A stretch of 52,334 bases of DNA, taken from NCBI GenBank assembly GCA_964391885.1, contig CAYMNU010000082.1, positions 1 through 52,334 of the forward strand, written 5' to 3'. A model generated the notes under the pieces. The model searched no databases. It was not told the origin of the DNA and saw only the letters and a program-made list of their open reading frames with translations. A program made the translations under genes and the position numbers. The DNA is from an uncultured archaeon (GTDB lineage Archaea; Altiarchaeota; Altiarchaeia; JAFGQM01). Below are positions 8,162-16,205 of this stretch, piece by piece. The stretch's first letter is position 1, and each line of letters begins with the position of its first letter.

Positions 8162-8167
8162 TTATAG

Positions 8168-8719
8168 ATGATGAATACTGCGACAGGCAAGCCCATAAAG
8201 GAAGGTATGAAAACCATAAGCGTTGATTTTCAAAGGCTTTTCCCCACACTGCGCGAGCATGGGCTCAACGGCTATGTGGCTCTTGACATAATGACCAATA
8301 ATGGGATAGAAGAAGCTGTGTTCCTTTTCAAGGGGGGTGAGATAATAGCCACAGATTACCGCTACCTTGCAAGAGAGCAGTCTGTGAAGGGTGAAGAGGC
8401 CCTGAAACTGGCAATGAGGGCATGTATGGGTGTGGGAACATTTGATATTTATGAATTGAGTGAGGAAGAAGTGATCGGTGCGCGCGAAGATAACCGAGAC
8501 GCGGTGCTTAAGTACAAGCCGACAGACAAAGAGCTTCTCGCGCTCCTGCCGGAAAGCTTTCAGGACATCAGCCTTGAGGAGAAAAGGGCTGCAACCATAA
8601 AGGCAGAGGCCCTTCGGGCGAAGGGAGGGGTATCAAGGGAAGAGGTATTAAGGAAATATGGCATAAACCATCCGGACGAAAGAATGGTCGACGTTTTATT
8701 AAACAACATGACAAACTGA
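8168..8719 (+). CDS. DUF2226-like protein
   Basis: 'LNGYVAL...EEAVFLFKGGEII...GEEALK...FDIYELSEEEV' pattern; C-terminal 'SREEVLRKYGI..PDE'; linked to minD. Confidence 0.7.
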   Translation: MMNTATGKPIKEGMKTISVDFQRLFPTLREHGLNGYVALDIMTNNGIEEAVFLFKGGEIIATDYRYLAREQSVKGEEALKLAMRACMGVGTFDIYELSEEEVIGAREDNRDAVLKYKPTDKELLALLPESFQDISLEEKRAATIKAEALRAKGGVSREEVLRKYGINHPDERMVDVLLNNMTN

Positions 8720-8723
8720 GAGA

Positions 8724-9173
8724 ATGGAATTTTTTAGATTCGGCACAAGGGAAGATCCCGCGAGGAAGGAGCGGCTGATTAGAATACGGAGGGATATACA
8801 GGCAAGCGTCAGGTTTGAGGAAGAAGCCATGTCGAAGCCGGTGAATGCGAGCACGCTAAAGAGGATTTATAACATAGACTCGCTCTGGATAGTCGGGCAT
8901 GGTGAGACCAAGCAATTGGGCTCTGCAAATTATGCGCCTGAGATATCGGCATTCCGGGAGCTGAAGGAAAGGTTTGGGAACCTGGGTTCAATAAGGCTGC
9001 AAAAGGGCGGTGACAAATATCACGTCGTCGAGCGAATGGGTAAGATATATGCGTTTTCCACCCCGTTAGATCTAGCAAGCGGGGATGTTTTGATGATGCT
9101 ACACGAGATTGAGGAGTCGCTGGAGAAGAAAAGGATTTTTTTAAGCAGTGATGCAAACATATCATTAAAATGA
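8724..9173 (+). CDS. Hypothetical protein, possible Roadblock/LC7-like domain
   Basis: C-terminal beta-beta-alpha pattern 'YHVVERMGKIYAFSTPLDLASGDVLMMLHEIEE'; coupled to minD. The fold is inferred. Confidence 0.55.
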   Translation: MEFFRFGTREDPARKERLIRIRRDIQASVRFEEEAMSKPVNASTLKRIYNIDSLWIVGHGETKQLGSANYAPEISAFRELKERFGNLGSIRLQKGGDKYHVVERMGKIYAFSTPLDLASGDVLMMLHEIEESLEKKRIFLSSDANISLK

Positions 9174-9928
9174 CTGCAAGAACTATCGCGATAGCGTCCG
9201 GCAAGGGCGGCGTGGGCAAAACCACTACCTGTGCCAACCTCGCAATCGCAATGGCCCAGCTCGGCAAGAAAGTGACCCTGCTCGACGCAGATTTGGCTAT
9301 GGCCAACCTGGGCATAACGCTCGGTATGGAGGAAACGCCGACCACACTTCACGAAGTTCTCGCCGGCGATGCTAACATAGAAGACGCGATATATGAGGGC
9401 CCTGCGGGCCTGAAGTTCATACCATCCGGCCTCTCGCTAGATACATTCCTAAGGATAGACGTCGAGAAGCTGAAGCCCGTTGTAGGCACGCTAATGGAAA
9501 ACACAGATATTCTTCTTATTGACGCTCCGGGAGGATTAGGGAAAAACGTTCTCGGCGCCATGATATCCGCGGCCGAGCTACTTATAGTAACAATGCCGGA
9601 CCCGTCTGCACTTGCTGACGCGCTCAAGACGAAGCTGGTCGGCAACAGGCTAAACATGGAAGTGCTCGGCGTCTGCCTGAACATGGTCAGGAGCGATAAG
9701 ACTGAAGTGACTCCTGAAGAGGTTTCAGTGCTGCTTGATTCGCCCATACTCCAGACAATACCCTATGACGACAACGTCAAGCGTGGCGCCGTCGAGGGCA
9801 AGCCCGTCATAATTAGGAACCCCGATAGCCCGGCGGCAAAGGCTTATAAGAAATTGGGGGCCATCATCGCAGGAGAAGAAGTCAAAGAGGAGAAAACAGG
9901 TTTCCTGCAGAAGCTCTTCAAGAAATAA
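9170..9928 (+). CDS. minD: MinD-family ATPase
   Basis: Deviant Walker A 'SGKGGVGKTT', 'DADLAMANL', C-terminal amphipathic 'GFLQKLFKK'. Confidence 0.93.
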   Translation: MTARTIAIASGKGGVGKTTTCANLAIAMAQLGKKVTLLDADLAMANLGITLGMEETPTTLHEVLAGDANIEDAIYEGPAGLKFIPSGLSLDTFLRIDVEKLKPVVGTLMENTDILLIDAPGGLGKNVLGAMISAAELLIVTMPDPSALADALKTKLVGNRLNMEVLGVCLNMVRSDKTEVTPEEVSVLLDSPILQTIPYDDNVKRGAVEGKPVIIRNPDSPAAKAYKKLGAIIAGEEVKEEKTGFLQKLFKK

Positions 9929-9955
9929 GGCTAATTTTTTATTTTTTGGTGAAAA

Positions 9956-10171
9956 ATGACAAAACCATTTGATTTATTGACAACCGCGTTGGGAAAGAAC
10001 ATATTGGTGAAGCTGAAGAACGGGATGGAGATCCGCGGCACGCTTGAAGCGTACGACCCGCACCTGAACCTTTCGATGAAGGGTGCAGAAGAGCTTGCCG
10101 ACGGTGAAGTGAAGAAGAAGCTCGGTGACCTTCTAGTGAGAGGGGACACTATAGTATATGTGTCGCCCTGA
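9956..10171 (+). CDS. Sm/Lsm archaeal protein (SmAP)
   Basis: Sm1 'GTLEAYDPHLNL' and Sm2 'LLVRGDTIVYVSP'; GGTGA SD upstream. Confidence 0.95.
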   Translation: MTKPFDLLTTALGKNILVKLKNGMEIRGTLEAYDPHLNLSMKGAEELADGEVKKKLGDLLVRGDTIVYVSP

Positions 10172-10173
10172 GT

Positions 10174-10273
10174 GTCCTGAGTCTTCAGTCTGCGGTCTTG
10201 GTTAAGGTTTTTCTAAGCGATAGTTCTAATTACTCGCTTCGGTCCTGAAGACCGGAGACTGCAGACCGCAGAC
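10174..10273. repeat. Inverted arrays of GTC/GAC heptamers (same family as 639-772)
   Basis: gtcctga-gtcttca-gtctgcg-gtcttgg (10174-10201) versus tgaagac-cggagac-tgcagac-cgcagac (10246-10273). Confidence 0.7.
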
Positions 10274-10279
10274 TTTCTT

Positions 10280-10413
10280 GGGCCCGTGGTCTAGCTCGGT
10301 TATGACGCCGCCTTTACAAGAACCCCTTTTCAGAAAAGGTGTTTCATCCCCAAAACGGGGTGAAGGGGTTTTAAATGAGGCGGAGATCGTTGGTTCAAAT
10401 CCTACCGGGCCCA
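10280..10413 (+). tRNA. tRNA-Val(UAC) with a 59-nt canonical intron (10319-10377)
   Basis: Acceptor GGGCCCG/CGGGCCC, anticodon stem CCGCC/GGCGG, TAC at 10315-10317, T-loop TTCAAAT. Perfect BHB (TTTA/TAAA helix, bulges CAA and TGA). No encoded CCA; one U-U mismatch in the T-stem. Confidence 0.95.
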
Positions 10414-10439
10414 CTTACCATATCCTAGCTTTAGCTCGT

Positions 10440-10651
10440 GGGCCCGTATCTCAAGGTCATTGGCAAAGAGGAAGTGTCCATCTTTCGATACCGGGCCCTG
10501 TGCACTTTAGCTCATGGGCCCTTACTTCGAGGTCATGTGCAGAGAGGCCGCATCCATCTCCCAATACCGGGCCCGTTTACCTATAGTTCAATGGGTCCGT
10601 ATCTCAAGGTCGTATGCCAAGGTTATGTTTCCACCCTTCGATACCGGGCCC
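10440..10651 (+). repeat. Three 59-nt hairpin units downstream of tRNA-Val (10440-10498, 10516-10574, 10593-10651)
   Basis: Ungapped alignment with 45/59 (unit 1 vs 2) and 47/59 (unit 1 vs 3) identity. Each unit ends in TACCGGGCCC, the tRNA 3' end. Confidence 0.9.
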
Positions 10652-10707
10652 GTTTGCCCCTAGCCTCGGTGCCCCTAAGCTTTTATAATCTCAGGCGTTA
10701 AGCTATC

Positions 10708-12597
10708 ATGTCCCTCGCAGACAAACTCGCGGATCTCTTCACCCTTGAGACCCTTGACAACATGTCTTGGAAGCTCTCCGACGGAGTCAAGCTTGGCGAT
10801 TTTTTCTATGACCGGGGCATACCCCCCCATATAATCTGGCTGCCTATAATCATAGCCGCAGTCCTAGCATACCTTTTTTTCTTTCCTGCCCCGCCGGACC
10901 TATGCGGCAACGGCATATGCGACCCGACGGAAAGCTGGATGACCTGCCCTCAGGACTGCCCGGCGCCCGACCCTACAGACATAAGTGTCAGGATAAGCGA
11001 AGATTTGCCGGCGGGAGAATACAGCGTGGGATTATATAATTCAGAGGGGCTTCCTATAACCGCCCTAACCGCATCGCCGGGCGAAAGCACGGACTTTGAG
11101 GGCTTCCGGGATACATCTGCAACATTGAAGGTCAACGGGCCGATGGGCGATGATTGGATCGCGGAGCTGGACTTAACACCGAGTGAAGACGCTTTTTTAG
11201 GGGATGATGAACCGGATAATGCAGAGAAACCTGATGAGAAGCCGGGTGAGAGCGGTTCAAGGATAATAGTGGAATTTCCCCAGGACTTTGAGAGAGAAAC
11301 AGGAGGCTCTGACGACCCGCTGACGGAGATTATAAGGGGGATGAGCGTAGGAGTCTGTCTAGGAGGTTACCTGAACAGCGAACCCACGCTCGAAGAAGCC
11401 TATCTCGCATATCTTATGGATATCCTGGACTCAATAAGCGTTACTGGAGTGCCCGCTCCAGATGCGGACACTAGATGCGCGGACATAAACAACGATGGAT
11501 ACCTAACAATCGAGGACCGTTTGTGTCTCTCGGGATCTATTGAAAATGAGTTCGCGAGCCTTGCTGAGTGTCCCAAATGCGTCCCCTTGCCTTTTGAAGT
11601 CTGCGGCGACGGCGTTGATAACAATTGTGACGGGCAGACTGATAGGGATGTCTATGATAACAAGAGGGAAGAGTTTTACCGCATAGGCGGCCAGATAGCA
11701 GATCTCTGCAGCTGCAACGAGCTCACACCCTGCGAGATGATGCGCGCAGACACTGGCCTGTTTAATATGCATTCAGAAGAGAACGTCAGCAGGTGCTCGT
11801 CGTTTGGCGGGGATTACCAATGGAGGCCCTATTCCGAATGGGCATGCGGCCCGAGCAAGGCGAATGAGGTGCTTACCTGCGGCGGGATGAGCTTCACCTG
11901 TGTCAATCACATGGGCGAATGGCTCTGGAACGGAAGCTGCATGCGCTACCCAGACATGAGCTACACCTGCGACTGCAATAATGATGGCTTCTGCGATTTG
12001 TGGGAAAATGCTACTAGCTGTGCGAACGACTGTCCCACCGCATTGTTTGATATGCTGTCAGCCCTTGAGACTGCCATATTAGAAGGGCGGGGTAAAGAGC
12101 CCGCAAACCTCTCTGCTGGCGAGTCGGTAAGCAGGGGTGAGATGCTCCTAAGGCTTGATTCTGTGCAGTTGTCCTTGGAATGCGATGCATCAGTGTGCTC
12201 CGGTATATCAGTATCTGGGGGTACTATATCGGCGGGGATGTATACTGAATTTCTTGCAGATGCAGTATGCGAGTTTGTGGCGGGAGAATATAGTTGTGTC
12301 TTGACAATAAGGGACCTGCTTTCCCAGCCCTCTGAAGACCTTGCCTCGCTGATAGAGAATGCATTGGATCATGGCACTTATAGCGGGACTATCTTCATGC
12401 CGGCGGGTGACGCCATAGAGGTGCTGCACATCGAGCACCTGCTAGGAATCTACCTAGATATTGGGTGTGAAGGTGATCCGTGCAGCAGCCTGAATTTAGA
12501 GGGAAGCAGTGCATCCGCCCTGGCCGATATAGTAGTTACTGCAGAAATATCCTGCACATCTGCTGCAATCCAGGTATGTGACGCCATTCTGAAGTAA
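10708..12597 (+). CDS. Membrane-anchored Cys-rich surface protein with dockerin-like and MopE-like motifs
   Basis: N-terminal TM, 'CGNGICDPTESWMTCPQDCP', Ca-loop 'DINNDGYLTIED', 'EVCGDGVDNNCDGQTD', acidic. Paralog of 19262-21730. Confidence 0.8.
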   Translation: MSLADKLADLFTLETLDNMSWKLSDGVKLGDFFYDRGIPPHIIWLPIIIAAVLAYLFFFPAPPDLCGNGICDPTESWMTCPQDCPAPDPTDISVRISEDLPAGEYSVGLYNSEGLPITALTASPGESTDFEGFRDTSATLKVNGPMGDDWIAELDLTPSEDAFLGDDEPDNAEKPDEKPGESGSRIIVEFPQDFERETGGSDDPLTEIIRGMSVGVCLGGYLNSEPTLEEAYLAYLMDILDSISVTGVPAPDADTRCADINNDGYLTIEDRLCLSGSIENEFASLAECPKCVPLPFEVCGDGVDNNCDGQTDRDVYDNKREEFYRIGGQIADLCSCNELTPCEMMRADTGLFNMHSEENVSRCSSFGGDYQWRPYSEWACGPSKANEVLTCGGMSFTCVNHMGEWLWNGSCMRYPDMSYTCDCNNDGFCDLWENATSCANDCPTALFDMLSALETAILEGRGKEPANLSAGESVSRGEMLLRLDSVQLSLECDASVCSGISVSGGTISAGMYTEFLADAVCEFVAGEYSCVLTIRDLLSQPSEDLASLIENALDHGTYSGTIFMPAGDAIEVLHIEHLLGIYLDIGCEGDPCSSLNLEGSSASALADIVVTAEISCTSAAIQVCDAILK

Positions 12598-12688
12598 TAT
12601 GTATAACTCTCACTAATTTTTTTTTGGAATTCTTTTTATATTATAGAAGCCAAATTCCTCGCTTGGACTAGACATAAGATTACTGAAA

Positions 12689-13897
12689 ATGGCACGTAAT
12701 ATCTCTGTGAGCAGTTTGTGTGGAAAGTATGTGGAAGACCTGGACGTTGAAATAGTCGAGAGAAAGGGCATAGGCCATCCCGACTCGATAAGCGACGGCG
12801 TGGCGGACGCCGTAAGCGTTGCATTGTGCAGGGAGTATATCAGGAGGTTCGGCGCAGTAATGCACCATAACACCGACCAAACGGAAGTCGTCGCAGGCCA
12901 GGCCCGTTCTAAATTTGGGGGCGGTGCGGTGCTCCAGCCCATCTACATGCTGCTTGTGGGCAGAGCCACAAATGACGTGGACGGGGAGAGTGTCCCAGTG
13001 CCCGAGATAGCGCTGGATGCAGCTAAAAAGTACATCAGGGACAACATAGTAAACCTTGACCCAGATTCACAAATGGCGATAGACTGCAAATACGGTTCGG
13101 GCTCTGCCGATCTCCAAAGCGTGTTCAAGAACAGGAAGGATATCCCCGGCGCTAATGACACGTCATTCGGTATAGGCTTCGCGCCGTTCTCGGAAGTGGA
13201 GAGGCTAACGCTTGCGTCAGAGGAATGGCTCAACTCCAAAGAGACAAAGAAAAGGCTCCCGGGCATCGGCGAGGACATCAAGGTGATGGGATTAAGGGAA
13301 AAAGACAAGATAACGCTCACCATATGCATCGCGCAAGTGGACAAGTATGTTGCCTCAGTGCATGATTATATGGAGAACATTGCCAAGGCGAAAGAGGGGC
13401 TCTCTGAGATAGCTGAAAAGACCACAGAGAGGAACGTGGAGATTATGATAAACACCGGCGACATACCCGATATGGGCGAGTCGGGATTGTTCCTGACAGT
13501 GACTGGGACTTCTGCTGAAAACGGCGACGACGGCTCAGTCGGCAGGGGCAACCGCGTATCAGGCCTGATAACTCCGGGCAGGCCCATGTCGATGGAGGCC
13601 GCTTCAGGCAAAAACCCGATAAACCACGTAGGGAAAATATACAACATCCTTTCCTTCAGAATCGCGGACAGGATAGTTGCGGAAGTCCCTGAAATAAAGC
13701 AGGCGGAGGTCCAGCTTCTAAGCCAGATAGGCTCGCCGATCGACGACCCGAGAATGTGCTATGTCAACATACTGACAGACAAGTGCGGGGACTTCCCCTC
13801 GGCGGTGAAGCAGGCGCAAGACATCGCGGACGACATGCTCGCCAAGGTTAAGCAGGTCACCGACGATGTCATAAACGGCAAGGTGAGGACCTTTTAA
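12689..13897 (+). CDS. mat: Archaeal S-adenosylmethionine synthetase
   Basis: 'EIVERKGIGHPDSI', 'HHNTD', 'ANDTSFG', 'GDDGSVGRGNR', 'GKNPINHVGKIYN'. Confidence 0.95.
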   Translation: MARNISVSSLCGKYVEDLDVEIVERKGIGHPDSISDGVADAVSVALCREYIRRFGAVMHHNTDQTEVVAGQARSKFGGGAVLQPIYMLLVGRATNDVDGESVPVPEIALDAAKKYIRDNIVNLDPDSQMAIDCKYGSGSADLQSVFKNRKDIPGANDTSFGIGFAPFSEVERLTLASEEWLNSKETKKRLPGIGEDIKVMGLREKDKITLTICIAQVDKYVASVHDYMENIAKAKEGLSEIAEKTTERNVEIMINTGDIPDMGESGLFLTVTGTSAENGDDGSVGRGNRVSGLITPGRPMSMEAASGKNPINHVGKIYNILSFRIADRIVAEVPEIKQAEVQLLSQIGSPIDDPRMCYVNILTDKCGDFPSAVKQAQDIADDMLAKVKQVTDDVINGKVRTF

Positions 13898-13927
13898 TGT
13901 TTTTCTTTCCCCTCGCTTAAGCTAGGC

Positions 13928-14584
13928 ATGAGAAAAAGCCTTTTGGTTTTGCTGTCCATAGTGTTTGCGGTAGCCTTGCTCAATCTTTATTATTATCCGC
14001 AGCTGCCCAAGCTCATGCCAAGCCACTGGAACGCCGCAGGCGAGGCGGACGCATACATGGGCAAGGAGCTTGCGCTCATGATAATGCCGGGCATCATGCT
14101 TTTCTTGGCTTTGCTCTTCCACATAATGCCGATAATAGACCCGCTCAAGAAAAACATTGAGGGATTCAGGAAATACTTTGACGCGTTCATTATACTCATA
14201 TTCCTCTTCCTGGCGTTCATCAATTTCCTCATGATAGCATGGGGCCTTGGAGAGGAATGGGACATAATAAGCGCGTTCTCCCTGTGGCTGGCCGTGATTT
14301 TTTTCTACGCGGGATTCATGGTGAAGAAATCCAAAAAGAACTGGTCTATCGGCATCAGGACGCCGTGGGCGATGCTCAGCGACAATATCTGGGAAAAGAC
14401 CAACAGGCGGGGTGGGCAGCTTTTCCAGGTGATAGGGATTGCGATGCTTTCAGGCCTGCTAATCGGCGAATGGCTTTTTTTGGTATTGGTAACGCTTCTG
14501 GCTGCGGCAGGGGTGTATATCACATACTACTCATACTCTGAGTACCAAAAAGAAATCAAAGCCAGGAAAAAGAACAATCAGTAG
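13928..14584 (+). CDS. SdpI/DUF1648 family membrane protein
   Basis: 'PSHWNAAGEAD', 'NWSIGIRTPWAMLSDNIWEKTNRRGG'. Confidence 0.9.
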   Translation: MRKSLLVLLSIVFAVALLNLYYYPQLPKLMPSHWNAAGEADAYMGKELALMIMPGIMLFLALLFHIMPIIDPLKKNIEGFRKYFDAFIILIFLFLAFINFLMIAWGLGEEWDIISAFSLWLAVIFFYAGFMVKKSKKNWSIGIRTPWAMLSDNIWEKTNRRGGQLFQVIGIAMLSGLLIGEWLFLVLVTLLAAAGVYITYYSYSEYQKEIKARKKNNQ

Positions 14585-14618
14585 CCACTGCTCACTGCTC
14601 ATTGGCCTGCATCAGCCC

Positions 14619-14626
14619 TTTTTATA
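14619..14626 (+). promoter_or_regulatory. TATA box upstream of the structured region
   Basis: TTTTTATA about 20 nt before the ATG at 14646, predicting a TSS near 14646-14652. Confidence 0.5.
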
Positions 14627-14716
14627 GCCTGCTTCTATCATAGCTATGGACGTATCAGAAAGATGCAGAATAATGTTCAGCAATAAGCACCAATCCGAAA
14701 GAGTTGTGGTAGCATC

Positions 14717-15031
14717 CGAAGAGAGCATCGTAGCGCTCTGCCCGCAGATATGCGCGATGCCTTCGTTTGCATTGGCTTAGGCGGCGTCTTGGGGGGCGCC
14801 GCCTTCGCAATCAACATACCGCGGCTATTATGCCGCGGTATGAACTTGCATGGCAAAGTCAAAAGGACTTTGCCAGTCTCGCACGATGAAATCGTGCGAT
14901 TGCAAGATAAAGTGTCTTGCAATACCTAGCTCTGCCCTGGTTGTGAGCTATCTTGCAATCAACCCCATCTTGGGGGCTCAAAAATAAAGCGGAGGGATAC
15001 CAAAAAACCTATATCATGGGGCGAAAGCCCC
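14717..15031. ncRNA. Unclassified highly structured element (about 9 consecutive hairpins)
   Basis: Stems at 14779-14804 (8 bp), 14815-14842 (11 bp), 14851-14875 (10 bp), 14879-14899 (9 bp), 14899-14923 (11 bp, one GU), 14927-14950, 14963-14975 and 15018-15031 (GAAA loop). Confidence 0.55.
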
Positions 15032-15041
15032 CTTCCCTATC

Positions 15042-16205
15042 ATGAACACTGTAGAAAAGCTGCAGATACTTGGCGAAGCCGCAAAGTACGACGTCTGCGC
15101 GAGCACCTCGTGCGGCGAGGGGGCAGTCAAAAATTCCAGAAAGGGCGAAAGCCGCATAGGCAGCCTCACGGGCCCGGGAATCTGCCACTCATTTGGGCCT
15201 GACGGAAGGTGCATATCCCTCTTCAAGGTGCTTATGAGCAACCGCTGCCAGGGCGACTGCAGGTACTGTACAAACAACTGCGAGACAGAGAGAAGGCGCG
15301 CCAGTTTTGAGCCCGATGAGTTGAGGGAAACCTTTTTAACGCTCTATCACCGCAACCTCGTAGAAGGCCTCTTCCTAAGCAGCGGCGTCGCAAAAAGCGC
15401 AGACGAGACTGAGCAGGGGCTTATAGAAATCGCAGAGAAGCTGCGCTCGAAAGATAATTTCCACGGCTACATCCACCTCAAAATAATGCCCGGAACATCG
15501 CGAAGCCTGGTAAGGCACGCAGCCGAAGTGGCGGACCGGGTCTCGCTGAACCTAGAGGCGCCCAACAGGCTGAGGTTCCAAGAGATTACAAGCACCAAAG
15601 ATTTCGGCATCGATTTGCTGAGGAGGATGCGCTGGGCGCAGAAGGCCGTCGACAAGCAAAAATCCGGCCAGACCACGCAGTTTGTGGTGGGGGCATGCGA
15701 CGAGAGCGACAGTGAGATACTCTCGACGGTAAGTGATGTTTACGACAAGCTGGAGCTGAAGCGCTCTTATTTCTCTGCCTTCATCCCGGTGTCGGGGACA
15801 AGGCTGGAAGGCCATGAGAAGACGCCGCTGATGCGCGAGCACCGCCTCTACCAGTGCGATTTCCTGATGCGCAAATACCACTTCCCTCTTGAAGAGCTCG
15901 TCTTTGGAGAGGGGGGCTGCCTGGAGCTTGGTAAAGACCCCAAGATGGCGATGGCCCTCGCAGATCCTGGCAGGTTTCCTGTGGAAATAAACGAAGCGGA
16001 TTATGGAGAGCTCCTGAGGGTTCCAGGATTGGGGCCCAACTGCGCATATCGCATAACCCAGGCGCGGGATGCCGGCCACAGGTTCAGGGACCTAAGCGAG
16101 CTCAGGAATCTGGGCGTGGTGCTCAAGCGTGCAAAGCCCTTCATCTCTGTCAACGGGGTCAGGCAGACAAGCCTGGCTTCATTCCAAAATGCTATCAGCG
16201 CATAA
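15042..16205 (+). CDS. Putative DNA modification/repair radical SAM protein (TIGR03916-like) with C-terminal HhH
   Basis: 'AAKYDVCAS', 'CQGDCRYC', 'EGLFLSSGV', 'REHRLYQCDFLMRKY', HhH 'LLRVPGLGP'. Confidence 0.9.
   Translation: MNTVEKLQILGEAAKYDVCASTSCGEGAVKNSRKGESRIGSLTGPGICHSFGPDGRCISLFKVLMSNRCQGDCRYCTNNCETERRRASFEPDELRETFLTLYHRNLVEGLFLSSGVAKSADETEQGLIEIAEKLRSKDNFHGYIHLKIMPGTSRSLVRHAAEVADRVSLNLEAPNRLRFQEITSTKDFGIDLLRRMRWAQKAVDKQKSGQTTQFVVGACDESDSEILSTVSDVYDKLELKRSYFSAFIPVSGTRLEGHEKTPLMREHRLYQCDFLMRKYHFPLEELVFGEGGCLELGKDPKMAMALADPGRFPVEINEADYGELLRVPGLGPNCAYRITQARDAGHRFRDLSELRNLGVVLKRAKPFISVNGVRQTSLASFQNAISA

Noticed and set aside
10440-10651. CRISPR array
   Set aside because: The units are 59 nt with only 17-18 nt similar spacers, variation is internal to the units, they are 76-80% identical, and there are no cas genes.
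10226-10701. ORFs 10226-10414, 10278-10586 and 10438-10701
   Set aside because: They are translations of the tRNA and repeat units; 18831-19145 is the same case at tRNA-Asp.
14677-14922. 81-aa minus-strand ORF
   Set aside because: It lies across the hairpin array, has no family motif and no promoter or SD; likely a shadow.
14646-15031. RNase P RNA, SRP RNA or a known SAM riboswitch
   Set aside because: No GAGGAAAGUCC/P4, no SRP helix-8 motif, and no SAM-I/II consensus recognised on either strand.
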